The notes: a model not told the origin generated them from the letters alone. A stretch of 64,000 nucleotides of DNA from Clostridia bacterium (GCA_017621415.1 JAGATD010000057.1:1021-65020); one strand, 5' to 3'; shown: positions 26,813 to 38,300, counted from the first letter of the stretch. A program made the numbers and translations.

Positions 26813-28735
26813 ATGCCTCCGAAAATGAATCCTTTACACAGGCCGATGACCGACGGTATAGAAAAGCCGAAGAGGCTAAGAGACTATCCCTCATATATTT
26901 TAAAAAGGATGCGGGGCTTCTTTTCACGTCTTTTTTACATAGTCTCCCTTGTTTGGGAGGCGGCGCCGTTTCTTCTTCTGGCTATGATATTCTTCTGCGC
27001 TCTGAACGGTGTTTTGCCGGTCGTCGGTGCATATATATCAAAGGACTTACTTAATGTTATTGCCGAGCTTCTCGGTGTATCTGCCACAGACAGTTTAGAG
27101 GATAATTTGTTTGTGGTTATGCGCCCTGTTATGATTTTGTTTGGCGCATATTTTATCTATCTGTTTTCAAACAAGGTGGTATCAAGGCTTAATACCATGG
27201 TTACAGGCCTTGCGGGTGAGCTTGTTGTCAATCACATAAAGCTTAAAATTGTAGATAAGGCGAAAACCGTTGACCTCGCCTCCTTCGACCGCCCCGAGTT
27301 TTACGAAAAGCTTGAGAATGCAAACAGAGAAGCGTCAATGCGCCCGATACACATACTTTCAGCTACTTTTAACGTGCTTTCAGCCCTGATAAGCTCGGTG
27401 TCGTTTATTGCGGTGCTTGCAACCCTCAGCCCATATGCGCCTGTTATAATAATTCTTGCAGCCGTTCCCACGGCTATCGTTAATTTCGTTTACCGCCACC
27501 GCAATTTCAGATATATCCGTATGCACTCTAAGGAGAGAAGAGAGATGAACTATTACTCTTCTCTTATGGTGAATAAGGATAATGTAAAGGAAATAAAAAT
27601 CCTCGGTCTCGGCGACAGATTTATTGATAAGTATAAGGATGCCTTTAAGAGATATTACAAGGGGTTGAAAAAGCTTATTGTAGGTGAGAGTACAACACAG
27701 CTATCCATTGCGTTTATTTCAACTCTTGTAAATTGCGCACTGTTTATTTATGTTGCATACACCGTGGTGTTCGGTGACGGTCAGATAGGCGATTACTCGC
27801 TCTATACAGGCGCTCTTACATCAATTTCAGGCTATATTTCAACCGTATTTACCGCAACAGCAACCATTTATGAGGGAACCTTGTTTATAAATAATATGAT
27901 GGAGTTCATGGCTGAAAGGTCAAGTGTTGTTCCCACGGTAAATGAGCCTATAAAGGTGACAAAGGGGCTTCATACGGTAGAATTTTGCAATGTTTCGTTT
28001 AAATACCCCGGCAGCGACAGGTTTGTTTTAAAAAACATTAATCTTAAGCTTGAACCCACCGATTCGGTAGTTCTTGTGGGACTTAACGGAGCAGGTAAAA
28101 CAACATTTATAAAGCTTTTAACAAGGCTCTACGACCCCACAGAGGGTGTAATTTTGCTTGACGGCAGGGATATAAGAGAATATGACGTTGAGTCCTTACA
28201 CAACCTTTTCGGCATAGTTTTTCAGGACTTTGGCAAATATGCGGTAAGTGCCGCGGAGAATATAGAATACGGTGACTTAAGACGTAACCACGAGAGAGAA
28301 GACGTTGTCACTGCCGCAAAGCGGTCGGATGCTGACGAGTTTATCCTTAGTCTGCCTGACGGCTACGATACCCCACTTACCCGTATATTTGAGGAAAACG
28401 GAATTGAGCTATCCGGCGGTCAGTGGCAGAAGCTCTCGGTTGCCAGAGCCTTTTATAAGGAATCGGATATTATGATTCTCGATGAGCCAACCGCCTCTCT
28501 TGATGCTATTGCGGAGCGTGAGGTCTTTGACAGATTCAGCGAGCTTGCTAAGGGTAAGCTTACAATATTTGTCTCTCACCGACTTTCAAGCGCAACCTCT
28601 GCCAGCAAAATAGTGGTGATAAACGGCGGAGAGATAAGCGAGGTGGGCAACCACCTGTCCCTTATGGAAAAACGTGGCGAGTACTACCGTCTCTTTACCA
28701 CACAGGCAAGCAGATATATTGATGAAAACAACTGA
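26813..28735 (+). CDS. ABC exporter, fused permease/ATP-binding protein
   Basis: 640 aa. N-terminal 6-TM exporter domain. Walker A GLNGAGKTT, signature LSGGQWQK, Walker B MILDEPTASLD. The ATG directly follows the regulator's stop codon. Confidence 0.9.
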   Translation: MPPKMNPLHRPMTDGIEKPKRLRDYPSYILKRMRGFFSRLFYIVSLVWEAAPFLLLAMIFFCALNGVLPVVGAYISKDLLNVIAELLGVSATDSLEDNLFVVMRPVMILFGAYFIYLFSNKVVSRLNTMVTGLAGELVVNHIKLKIVDKAKTVDLASFDRPEFYEKLENANREASMRPIHILSATFNVLSALISSVSFIAVLATLSPYAPVIIILAAVPTAIVNFVYRHRNFRYIRMHSKERREMNYYSSLMVNKDNVKEIKILGLGDRFIDKYKDAFKRYYKGLKKLIVGESTTQLSIAFISTLVNCALFIYVAYTVVFGDGQIGDYSLYTGALTSISGYISTVFTATATIYEGTLFINNMMEFMAERSSVVPTVNEPIKVTKGLHTVEFCNVSFKYPGSDRFVLKNINLKLEPTDSVVLVGLNGAGKTTFIKLLTRLYDPTEGVILLDGRDIREYDVESLHNLFGIVFQDFGKYAVSAAENIEYGDLRRNHEREDVVTAAKRSDADEFILSLPDGYDTPLTRIFEENGIELSGGQWQKLSVARAFYKESDIMILDEPTASLDAIAEREVFDRFSELAKGKLTIFVSHRLSSATSASKIVVINGGEISEVGNHLSLMEKRGEYYRLFTTQASRYIDENN

Positions 28736-28748
28736 TTTGTAAACAAAA

Positions 28749-28790
28749 GCTCCCAAAAACCGTGATTGTAACGGAATTTGGGAGTTTTTT
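28749..28790. terminator. Bidirectional terminator between the ABC exporter and the M3 peptidase gene
   Basis: Stem CTCCCAAA/TTTGGGAG (28750-28757/28777-28784) with a nested CCGT/ACGG helix, followed by TTTTTT. Confidence 0.65.
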
Positions 28791-28791
28791 A

Positions 28792-30600
28792 TTATGCTGC
28801 GTTGTTGTTCGAGCCGTCTACAAAGTAATACGAGCCCATAACCGAATAATAGATTTCATCGGCAAGGTCTCTCAGCGCGTTCTCTCTGAACGGTGAGGGA
28901 AGAGACACACGTGTCAGCTCTTTTATAAAATCAGAGCTCTCGTTTCTGTCTATAAGCGCCATGTATGCATCACTGCCCGCTCCTTTGTTTTTACATTCTG
29001 TAAAGAATATATCAAGGGATACGGTAACCGAGGTGCAGTAGGATTGAACGTAGAATGGCTCCATTACCAGGTGATAAATCATTATATCCTCAAGGCTTTT
29101 AAAATGCCTCGGGTTAAGATTCATAGACTCGGCAGCCGCGGCTACAAGTGTGTTCAGTCTTTCTTCGGTTATCTCCTCAAAGGAGAGCAAATAGGCGAGA
29201 GACTCAAATTTTGCGTAAAAGCCCTGGAAGATAAGCGCTTCAAGCATTGACTGCATTTCTGAGTAGTAAAGGTACTTATACTCTCTCTCACTTATACTGT
29301 CTCCGATAGCCGAGAGCACAAGAAGCTCGAGTGCTGTTGAGGATACCTCAAGCAGGTCAAGGGATGCATCAACATTGTAATTTACATAAGCGTCGTAAAA
29401 ATGCCCAAACTCGTGGGAGAGCGTCATATAGTCGTTAACACCGCCCGAGAGTGTCACAAAAACAAAGGGAGACTCAATGTCGTAAAGGTAGGTGGTAAAA
29501 GCGCCTCCAAGTCGGTTGTTTTTTTGTTCATCAACCTCGTAAAGACCGCAGTTCAGCATATACGCATATGCCGCGGCTGCATCGCTGTCAATCTTTTCAA
29601 GCGCAGTGTAGACCCGATTTATAACTTTTCCCCTATCGGGAGCCGGAGACAGATGGGTCTTAAAATATCCTGCAAAGGCATTTGACACAAGCGAAGCATA
29701 AACCGGTGTTACATACCGAGATATATCGGATATAAGAGCATCAAGATCCCCCTCTGTATAGCCGTGACCGAGAATTTCATAAGCATATTCCGAATAGCTG
29801 CCGTAGCCTAAGGCATCTGCCAAGCGGCGCCTGACCTTAAGCAAATCAATAAATGCTTTATAGCTCTCTTTTTGTACCGCCTTGGCATAGAGGGCATCGC
29901 AGTCCTTAATCGCCTTTTTTAGTATAGGTGAGTCGGGGTTGTATTTATCCTTTAAATCCGACACTATATTATCGTATGTGTCGGTTGATCTTCCGTAGGT
30001 TATTATAACATTTGCGGTGGAGAGAGAGGCATATTCCGCCTCAATTTCGGCCTCGCTTTCAAGCAGTGAAACAACAAGGTCATTATACATTGTTCCGTCA
30101 GCATATTCCTCGACAAATCCCTCCCAGAAAAGCTCATCTTCAAGCTTTTTCGCATATGGAGATTTTGCAGCCGCCTCAAACAGCTCCTCAAATGCCCGTG
30201 TAAGCTTTGGCGATGCCTCTTTGAGGTATTCGTACTCGGCAGCAATAGCTGTGTCCGAAGAGTCCTTAGAATTTTTTATCATCATGTATGTGAGCATTGT
30301 ACTGAAGGACTTGTAATTTTCATTAAGGGAGAGTATCCCGTCACAGATTTCTTCATAGGACAGGCTGCTATCGTTAATAGATGCGGTGATGATTTTAGCC
30401 TCGTTTACTATCTTATCGGTGTCGGGGCGTGAGTAAGCAATGCTCTCAAAAGAAACCGTCTCTCTTGCATTTTCGCCAAGGGGCGGAACAAACACCTCCT
30501 CGGCAGGCTCGGGAGCTATAATATCGGGCATCACCGGTACGCAGGAGGCAAGACCAAGCGAAACAAGAGCCAGCATAAGCGCTGTAATCTTTTTAAGCAT
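28792..30600 (-). CDS. M3-family oligoendopeptidase (PepF-like) lipoprotein
   Basis: 602 aa. Lipobox LGLASC at residues 16-20. Zinc motif HEFGHFYD. Confidence 0.85.
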   Translation of the reverse strand: MLKKITALMLALVSLGLASCVPVMPDIIAPEPAEEVFVPPLGENARETVSFESIAYSRPDTDKIVNEAKIITASINDSSLSYEEICDGILSLNENYKSFSTMLTYMMIKNSKDSSDTAIAAEYEYLKEASPKLTRAFEELFEAAAKSPYAKKLEDELFWEGFVEEYADGTMYNDLVVSLLESEAEIEAEYASLSTANVIITYGRSTDTYDNIVSDLKDKYNPDSPILKKAIKDCDALYAKAVQKESYKAFIDLLKVRRRLADALGYGSYSEYAYEILGHGYTEGDLDALISDISRYVTPVYASLVSNAFAGYFKTHLSPAPDRGKVINRVYTALEKIDSDAAAAYAYMLNCGLYEVDEQKNNRLGGAFTTYLYDIESPFVFVTLSGGVNDYMTLSHEFGHFYDAYVNYNVDASLDLLEVSSTALELLVLSAIGDSISEREYKYLYYSEMQSMLEALIFQGFYAKFESLAYLLSFEEITEERLNTLVAAAAESMNLNPRHFKSLEDIMIYHLVMEPFYVQSYCTSVTVSLDIFFTECKNKGAGSDAYMALIDRNESSDFIKELTRVSLPSPFRENALRDLADEIYYSVMGSYYFVDGSNNNAA

Positions 30601-30724
30601 AAAACACCTCCCTTAGCCATAATGCTTGTTAGTTTGATTCCTTTACGGCTGATGCTTATATTTTATCCTAAATTATTATGCTCTTCAACAATAAACAATA
30701 AACGAATTGCAAAGATTTTGTAAA

Positions 30725-30776
30725 CGAAAAAACACGGATATACCCTGTTTTTAAGGAGTATGCCCGTGTTTTTCTT
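30725..30776 (-). terminator. Terminator downstream of the glucokinase gene
   Basis: Long imperfect hairpin at about 30732-30769 (CACGG..CCGTG core), flanked by an A-run on the left and a T-run on the right. Confidence 0.55.
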
Positions 30777-30802
30777 TGTTTTTTACCTGTTTTTAAGCCG
30801 TT

Positions 30803-31765
30803 TTATCTGCCAAGAGCCGCAGCTCCGATAATTCCCGCATCGTTTCCGAGAGAGGCGGTGACTATCTGTGTTTTTTTCTTTCTCAGCCTTGTGTACTGGT
30901 CACGCTCAACAGCAGCTCTAAGGGGCTTTAGGAGGAAGTCTCCCTCACCGGAAATACCGCCGCCGATAGAAATGGTTGCAGGCTGGAACACGTTTATAAT
31001 ATTTGTAATTCCCTCAGCGAGATAGTATATGTACTCGTCAACAACCGCCTGTGCGTGAACATCTCCGAGTCTTGCCGCGTCAAAGGGAACTCTTCCGTTT
31101 ATTTTGCCGTATTTCTTGGTTATCTCAAACATTTTAGACTCAACTCCGAGAGCCTCAAGCTCCCTTAGCTTTTCCTCTGTAGAAAGCTTAAGTCCTGTTG
31201 CTGAGGCATATGTCTCAAAGCAGCCGCGTCTGCCGCAGGTACAAAGTCTGCCGCCTGCCTTAATTACGGTATGTCCAAGCTCGGCGCCCGCCGCATTAAT
31301 GCCGCCCTTGAATATTTTGCCGCCTAAGATTATTCCTCCGCCAACACCGGTGCCAAGAGTAATCATAACAGAGCAGTCAGACCCCTTTGCGGAGCCCTGA
31401 AGCGCCTCGCCCAGTGCTGCTGCATTGGCATCGTTATCAATATATATTTTCTTAGCGGGGAATATAGCTTTGAATTTATCGGTAATAGGATAATCAATAA
31501 AGGGTATGTTGTTTGAATATTCAACAACACCTCTTTCGGGGTCAATGCTTCCCGGAACAGCCATACCTACATATTCGATGTCAGAGGTTTTAAGACCGTT
31601 TCTTTCAATAAGCATTAATGCGGTGTTAGCCATAGCCGAAGCAACTGCGTCAGCTCCCTCGGATACAGGCGTTGGAACAGAGATTTTATCAATTATCTTA
31701 AGGTCACCGTCGCATAAGCCTATCGCGATATTTGTGCCTCCAAGGTCAATTCCTAATGTGTACAT
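30803..31765 (-). CDS. glcK: ROK-family glucokinase
   Basis: 320 aa. Start at ATG 31765 (MYTLGIDLGGTN) with GAAAGGAAG 7 nt upstream. ROK zinc motif CTCGRRGCFETYAS. Confidence 0.9.
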   Translation of the reverse strand: MYTLGIDLGGTNIAIGLCDGDLKIIDKISVPTPVSEGADAVASAMANTALMLIERNGLKTSDIEYVGMAVPGSIDPERGVVEYSNNIPFIDYPITDKFKAIFPAKKIYIDNDANAAALGEALQGSAKGSDCSVMITLGTGVGGGIILGGKIFKGGINAAGAELGHTVIKAGGRLCTCGRRGCFETYASATGLKLSTEEKLRELEALGVESKMFEITKKYGKINGRVPFDAARLGDVHAQAVVDEYIYYLAEGITNIINVFQPATISIGGGISGEGDFLLKPLRAAVERDQYTRLRKKKTQIVTASLGNDAGIIGAAALGR

Positions 31766-31910
31766 TATGTATCTTCCTTTCAATATTGCTGATGTGAATT
31801 TCTTCTATAATTATATATTTTTTATGCGTTTTTGTCAAGTCCAAATTGACGAAGCGAATTACAGTTTTTTTCGTTCATAAAAAATTAACATTAGCTATTT
31901 TTTAAAAGTA

Positions 31911-31939
31911 TTGCAAAATACACAAAAATGGTATACAAT
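31911..31939 (+). promoter_or_regulatory. Candidate promoter of the nifS-nifU operon
   Basis: TTGCAA (31911-31916), 17 nt, TACAAT (31934-31939). Confidence 0.5.
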
Positions 31940-31996
31940 ATATTCGGTCAAACGGCAAGAGCCCAAAGGCTTTGCTATGATGAAAGGTAATTTGAA

Positions 31997-33181
31997 GTGA
32001 AAAGATTTGTATATGCTGACAACGCGGCAACAACTCCGGTAAGCCGCGAGGTAATAGAAGCTATGACCCCGATTTTTGAAACAAGCTGGGGCAATCCCTC
32101 AAGCCTGCACGAAAAGGGCAGGGAGGCTAAGGATATTCTTGATGACGCAAGAGAGCGCATAGCCAAAGTATTTAACTGCGACTCCTCTGAGATATACTTT
32201 ACCTCCTGCGGTACAGAGTCTGACAACTGGGCTATCCGCGGCGCTGCAATGCGTATGAAGGCAAAGGGCAAAACTCATATAGTTACTTCCGCTATTGAGC
32301 ATCACGCAGTTCTCCATACCTGCAAGGCTCTTGAAAAAGAGGGCTTTACGGTTGATTATGTGGGAGTTGACGCTGACGGCATTGTTAACCTTGACGAGCT
32401 TCGCTCCCTTGTAACCGAAAAAACAGCCCTTGTTACGGTAATGTATGCCAACAACGAGGTTGGAACTATTGAGCCCATTGAGGAAATTGTTGAAATAGCC
32501 CATGCCAAGGGTGCTCTTATGTTCACCGATGCGGTACAGGCTGTCGGAAATGTTGATATAGACCTTTCAAAGCTCAAGGTAGATATGCTTTCTCTCTCCG
32601 GTCACAAAATTCATGCGCCAAAGGGAATAGGAATGCTTTATATCCGCAAGGGTGTTGTTATAAATAACCTTATCGAGGGCGGAGGCCAGGAAAGGCGCAA
32701 GAGAGCAGGCACCGAAAACCTACCTTACATTGTGGGACTTTGCCGCGCGCTTGAGATAGCTAAGGAAAACCTGCCCGAGCTTGACGAGGTTGCAAAAAAG
32801 CGTGACAGACTTATTGAGGGGCTTACTAAAATTCCTTACTCCAAGCTTAACGGACACAGAACATTGCGTCTTGCAGGTAATGCAAACGTGGGCTTTGAGT
32901 TTATTGAGGGCGAAAGTTTGCTTCTATGGCTTGATATTGCGGGAATTTGCGCATCAACAGGCTCTGCCTGCTCAACAGCATCTCTTGAGCCGTCTCACGT
33001 GCTTATCGCTATGGGTGTCCCTCACGAAAAGGCGCACGGCTCGCTGCGTCTTACAATTTCACGCGAGACAACCGACGAGGATATAGATTATATTATCGAG
33101 AACGTTACCTCGGTAGTTGAAAAGCTTCGTAATATGAGCCCCCTTTGGGAGGATGTTGTGAAGCGTGAGCAAACAGTATAA
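31997..33181 (+). CDS. nifS: Cysteine desulfurase, NifS type
   Basis: 394 aa. PLP-lysine motif SGHKIHAPKG. Active-site loop STGSACS. GTG start. Confidence 0.93.
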   Translation: MKRFVYADNAATTPVSREVIEAMTPIFETSWGNPSSLHEKGREAKDILDDARERIAKVFNCDSSEIYFTSCGTESDNWAIRGAAMRMKAKGKTHIVTSAIEHHAVLHTCKALEKEGFTVDYVGVDADGIVNLDELRSLVTEKTALVTVMYANNEVGTIEPIEEIVEIAHAKGALMFTDAVQAVGNVDIDLSKLKVDMLSLSGHKIHAPKGIGMLYIRKGVVINNLIEGGGQERRKRAGTENLPYIVGLCRALEIAKENLPELDEVAKKRDRLIEGLTKIPYSKLNGHRTLRLAGNANVGFEFIEGESLLLWLDIAGICASTGSACSTASLEPSHVLIAMGVPHEKAHGSLRLTISRETTDEDIDYIIENVTSVVEKLRNMSPLWEDVVKREQTV

Positions 33182-33208
33182 CAGCATAACAGAAAAGAGG
33201 ACATATAA

Positions 33209-33625
33209 ATGAAATACAGTGAAAAGGTAATGGATCATTTCACCAATCCCAGAAATGTCGGTGAAATTGAAAATGCTGACGGAGTTGGCGTTGTAGGTAA
33301 TGCAAAGTGCGGAGATATAATGAAAATGTATCTCAAAATAGATGATAACGGAGTTATCACCGACTGCAAGTTCAAAACATTTGGCTGCGGCGCGGCAATC
33401 GCAACATCTTCTATGGCTACCGAGCTTGTTAAGGGACATACTGTTGAGGAGGCTCTTAAGCTTACCAACAAGGCGGTTGTTGAGGCTCTTGACGGACTTC
33501 CTCCCGTAAAGGTTCATTGCTCGGTTCTTGCTGAGGAGGCTATCAAGACAGCTGTCGCAGACTACTATAATAAGATTGGCAAGCCTGTTGATTTTGAAAT
33601 AGAAAAGTCTCACGAAGAGGAATAA
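33209..33625 (+). CDS. nifU: Fe-S cluster assembly scaffold, NifU/IscU type
   Basis: 138 aa. Three cluster cysteines in the contexts NAKCGD, FGCGAAIA and VHCSVLA. Confidence 0.93.
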   Translation: MKYSEKVMDHFTNPRNVGEIENADGVGVVGNAKCGDIMKMYLKIDDNGVITDCKFKTFGCGAAIATSSMATELVKGHTVEEALKLTNKAVVEALDGLPPVKVHCSVLAEEAIKTAVADYYNKIGKPVDFEIEKSHEEE

Positions 33626-33635
33626 ATGTTTTTTC

Positions 33636-33663
33636 AAACGGCTCTGCTATAAGAGCCGTTTTT
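33636..33663 (+). terminator. Rho-independent terminator after nifU
   Basis: Perfect 10-bp stem AAACGGCTCT/AGAGCCGTTT with a 6-nt loop and a T-rich tail. Confidence 0.75.
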
Positions 33664-33736
33664 CTTGTTGTTTCAACACAAGTCGAAGAATATGTTAACA
33701 ATTGTTGTCAAAAAATAGCTAAAATGGGGATTTGAA

Positions 33737-34756
33737 ATGAAAATTCTTGTAGGTTTAAGCGGTGGAGTTGACAGCGCATACGCAGCTTTAAAGCTTATCC
33801 GCGCAGGGCATACTGTAGAGGGCGCAATTCTTAAAATGCACGAGCATACCGATATTTTAAGCGCCCGCTCGGTTGCCTCTGAGCTTTGTATACCTCTTCA
33901 TGAAATTGATGTTACAAAGAGGTTTGAGGAGATAGTAAAAGAGGATCTTATTAACTGTTATCTTAACGGAAAAACTCCAAACCCTTGTATAATATGTAAC
34001 GAGAGAGTTAAGTTTGCGGCTCTTTATGAATATGCGGCGAAAAACGGCTTTGACAGGATTGCAACAGGCCATTATGCTATTGTTTCTGAGAAAAACGGCA
34101 GATTTGCTGTTGAAACAGCTCCCGATACACGTAAGGACCAAAGCTATATGCTCTATAGACTGCCTCAAAATATACTCTCAGCCCTTGTTTTGCCCATAGG
34201 GGAAGAGAATAAGGCAGATGTTCGTGCAAACTCGGCAGAGAGCGGTGTTTCGGTGGCAGGTAAAAAGGATAGCCAGGAAATATGCTTTCTTCCCGACGGC
34301 CATTATGCCGATTATATCGAAAATAAAATGGGAAAATCCCCCGAGGGCGACTTTGTTGACCCTGCAGGCAGAGTTCTCGGGCATCATAAAGGTATCATCA
34401 GATACACGGTAGGGCAGAGAAAGGGGCTGGGCATATCTCTAGGCAAGCGCGCGTTTGTTACAGATATTTCACCCGAAACCAATCAAATTACTCTGTCAAC
34501 AGAAATGACAGGAAAGACAGAAATCGAGTTATCAAGCATAGTATATTCGGGACTTGAGCCTCAGGCGGAAGCGACTGCTAGGTTCTTTGAAGTAAAGCTC
34601 AGATATACGGCCCCTCTTATAGGCTGCATGGCGCAGATGTATTCTGACGGTAGAGTAAGACTTGAATTCGAGAGTCCTGTGATATGCGCTCCGGGGCAGT
34701 CGGCGGTTCTTTATGATAACGGCAGGGTAATGCTTGGCGGCTATATTGAGCGCTGA
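33737..34756 (+). CDS. mnmA: tRNA 2-thiouridine(34) synthase
   Basis: 339 aa. PP-loop GLSGGVDS. Conserved CNERVKF and KDQSYML motifs. Confidence 0.93.
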   Translation: MKILVGLSGGVDSAYAALKLIRAGHTVEGAILKMHEHTDILSARSVASELCIPLHEIDVTKRFEEIVKEDLINCYLNGKTPNPCIICNERVKFAALYEYAAKNGFDRIATGHYAIVSEKNGRFAVETAPDTRKDQSYMLYRLPQNILSALVLPIGEENKADVRANSAESGVSVAGKKDSQEICFLPDGHYADYIENKMGKSPEGDFVDPAGRVLGHHKGIIRYTVGQRKGLGISLGKRAFVTDISPETNQITLSTEMTGKTEIELSSIVYSGLEPQAEATARFFEVKLRYTAPLIGCMAQMYSDGRVRLEFESPVICAPGQSAVLYDNGRVMLGGYIER

Positions 34757-34867
34757 TACAGATGGCTGAGATTCACCTACGCGCGCATATTTATAATATA
34801 TTAGGTAGAAAACATGCACTTTGCGAGAGCGGATATTTCTTGCATATGGTGCTTAAAACGCAAAAAC

Positions 34868-34917
34868 AGACGGTAAACAACCATGAAAAATGGCGAAAAC
34901 CGTCTTTTTTGTATTTT
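34868..34917 (+). terminator. Probable mnmA terminator
   Basis: Stem AGACGGT/ACCGTCT (34868-34874/34899-34905) enclosing an inner CCAT/ATGG hairpin, then TTTTTTGTATTTTT. Confidence 0.5.
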
Positions 34918-35208
34918 TCAGAGTGTAGAAAAAAAACTGACGATTTTGTGCATGGTGCACAAACGCGTAAAAAGGGGTTTTGTTACAAAAAACCGCAAAA
35001 ATTAAGTAAATACAATTTACTATAATTTAAAAACGCTCAATATAGCACCGAAAATGTCTAGTTTTAGGTAAAAACCATTTACCTTAGCTTTAAAATCCAA
35101 GCGCAACAAAAGAATTTGTGTAAATAATTGTTTGCAAATCGAAAAAACACTCGTTTTGCTTAAGTTAGAAAGTGAAGCCCGTCACAAGCCGGGTGGGGGA
35201 ATTCGCTC

Positions 35209-35237
35209 TTGACTTCAAAAAAAACTTATGATATAAT
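35209..35237 (+). promoter_or_regulatory. Consensus sigma-A promoter of the 14-kb ABC/exoprotein operon
   Basis: TTGACT (35209-35214), 17 nt, TGaTATAAT (35229-35237). About 66-nt leader with GGAGG 10 nt before ATG 35304. Confidence 0.7.
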
Positions 35238-35303
35238 ACTTGTATATTATAAGGGCATGTGCGCCCTTTTGATATGAAAGTTTAATTTGGAGGAAATCAG
35301 CAC

Positions 35304-38300
35304 ATGAAAAAGTCGATCTTTATGAGAGTCGTTGCTATGATGCTTACCGTTGCGCTGATGCTTGGTGCCATTTCGGTTACCGCGTCTGCTGCGGGAATAT
35401 CCGATAGCATAGGCTCTTACAAGAACGAAAAGGGTTCGTCTCCTACGCTTGACGAGATGAAAAACCTCATGACGACTAAGACTTATGAGGATTACATTCT
35501 TGAAAAGCTCAGCGGTGAGAACGACCCTGCACGTACGCAAATCGCGATCAATACTTCATCTGCAGACAAGTTTGGAGACAACTTTACCAACGAGGTTAAG
35601 GTGTCTGACAGCGATGAGGTTCAGGCTTCTATCAAAGGAAGCTCCGCAAATTGGGAATCCTTTACCAAGGAGGACGGCGAGAAATCCTGGTTCCTTCCCT
35701 CGGTTAATCCTGACGGCAGCGCAGGTGTTGCGGAGTGGAGATTTGATGTGGATAAGCCCGGCTTCTACACAATCGAAATTGACTATTATGACTGCATTGT
35801 AGATGCAGACACCTACATTGATGAGAACGGCAATTTTGTTGAAATCAAAACAAAGAGCAGTGTCAGCGCAATCGAGCGCAAGCTCAGAATTGACGGTGTG
35901 GTTCCCTTTGATGAGGTTGGAAGCATAACCTTCGATAAGCACTGGAGATATGACTATGTCACAACTTCAGATCCTTACGAGGTTCCCGCAAGCGCTCGTC
36001 CCTTTACAGAAATCGGCTCCTATGCTGAATATGTTCAGATTGCCGAAGGCGAGGGTGCAGGTTACTATAAGTACGTAACCACCACCAAAATGGAGGGTGA
36101 CAAGATGATGCAGACCCTCACTACATATAAAATTAACCAGGACATAAACGGCAACTCTATGGCGCCGTCTGCTGTCGCTGTTTCACAGTGGTCCACCTAC
36201 ACCTGTAAGGACCCCTCCGGTTACAGCGAGGGCGCGCTTAAGTTCTATTTTAGTAACGGTCCTCACTCTATCTCTCTTGAGGCTATAAGAGAGCCCGTTA
36301 TTATTAAGGAAATAAGACTTGTGCCCGCCGAGGCTCCCAGCATTGAGTCCGAGTCATCGGGTAAAATGAGTTACAGCAATTATATTGCAGCTTACGACGG
36401 TGTTCCCACAATAAATGCTGCGCCTACCATTATTGAGGCAGAGTTCCCGGATCTTATTTCCGACTCCTCGGTTACTTCGACTAACGATAATACATCTGCA
36501 ATCACATATCCCATCAGCTCCAAGGCTCAGCTTTACAATGTAATAGGTGAGAACAGCTACAGCGCTATGGGTCAGTGGGCGGCATATAAGTTTACCGTAA
36601 GCGAAACCGGTCTTTACAAGCTTGGCGCAAGATTTAAGCAGGATACTCTTCAGGGTATGTTTATCTGCCGTGCTGTTAAGCTTGCCGGCGGTCAGTACGG
36701 TACTGTTCCGGATGCTCCCTTCGATGAGGCATACCGTGTGCGCTTCGGCTACGACGAGGAGTGGCAGTCCGAGTATATGGGCTTCTACAGCTACGAGTAT
36801 GATTCTGAAGGCAACAAGGTGCTTGACGATAACGGCAACCCTGTTCAGAACAAGACAGAGATCGAGCTTTATTTCGAGAAGGGCGTTGAATATACTCTCT
36901 ACTTCGAGTGCTCTCTCGGTGACCTTAAGGATTACATAAGAAGAGTAGAAACCGCGCTTGATGTAATCAACGAGTGCTACCTCAGAATACTTAAGCGTAC
37001 AGGCGCTGAGCCTGATAAGAACCAGGACTACAGCTTCCTTGATTATATGCCCGAGGTTCTTGTTAAACTTCTTGAGCAGTCAAAGGAGCTTACCAATGTT
37101 GCAGACGAGCTTGAGGCTCTTTGCGGCACAAACGGTTCTCATATAGCAACTCTTGACACTATTGCCCGTATCCTTACTCTTATGGGTTCTGACGGCGGTG
37201 AAAAGATTGCTGAAAATATGGCAAACCTTAAATCCTATCTCGGTACTCTCGGTACCTGGATAAACAGCTCTAAGTCCAGCTCGCTTATGCTTGATTCGAT
37301 TTACGTTGTTCCGGCAGACAGCGATGAGAATGCTATTCCTAACGCAAAAGCAAACTTCTTTGAGTCGATTTGGTTCGAGATTTCCTCCTTCATATATTCA
37401 TTCTTCACTGATTACGATAAGATGGGTCTTACCGAAGAAACAAGCGAGGGCGACGCGGCAGTAAGCGTTTGGCTCGCTATGGGTCGTGACCAGTCCCAGA
37501 TTTGGCGTTCTATGATAGACGCGACAGGCGGCTTCACCGATACATACGGCAAGGGTGTTGCTCTTAAGCTGGTTACAGCGGGAACACTTCTTCCCTCTAT
37601 CCTCTCGGGTAAGGGACCTGACGTTTACCTCGGTCTTAGCTCGGGTGAGGTTATTAACTATGCTATCCGTGATGCGATAATAGGTATCAGCGGAAATGCG
37701 GCTAATCTTACCGCCGAACAGAATGCGGTATTCACCAATTATTATTATATGGACGCAAACGGCAATGAAATCGTTCGAGAAAAGGCTCTCACTGCCGCCG
37801 AAATGGAGGCGCAGGGACTAATTTCTGTTTCCAACGGATACGATTATGCTACGAGAGAGGCGATATTTGCTCCTGCGGCAATGAAGACTCTCAGACTTTG
37901 CGATGTTGCCTACGGTATTCCTATGACAATGTCATTTGCTATGATGTTCTACCGTATGGACGTTCTCGGTAACCTTGGTGTTGAAATTCCCAAGACATGG
38001 GATGAGCTTATCGGCGCGCTTCCTGCTCTTCAGGCAAGTAATATGACGATAGGTGTATCTTATGTATCCGCTCTTGACTTCATGATTTATCAGATGGGCG
38101 AGAGTATGTGGAAGTATGAGAACGGCGATGAGTATGACTCCAGATGGGCAGGCGCTGAGATAAACCTCGACTCTAACATAGCCCTTGAGGCGTTTGAGAG
38201 AGTTTGTAGCTTCTACACCGAGCATTCTCTTCCTGTATCCTTCGATACCGCAAACCGTTTCAGAACCGGTGAAATGCCTATCACGGTAGGTGACTACATC

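Noticed and set aside
34946-34962. Inverted repeat TTGTGCA-TGG-TGCACAA as an operator for the big operon.
   Set aside because: It lies about 250 nt upstream of the promoter, has 7-bp arms that could occur by chance in AT-rich DNA, and has no second copy near any promoter in the window.
34762-35025. 87-aa + strand ORF in the 550-nt gap upstream of the big operon.
   Set aside because: It has no Shine-Dalgarno, it reads through the mnmA terminator, and its Lys-rich composition reflects AT-rich non-coding DNA.
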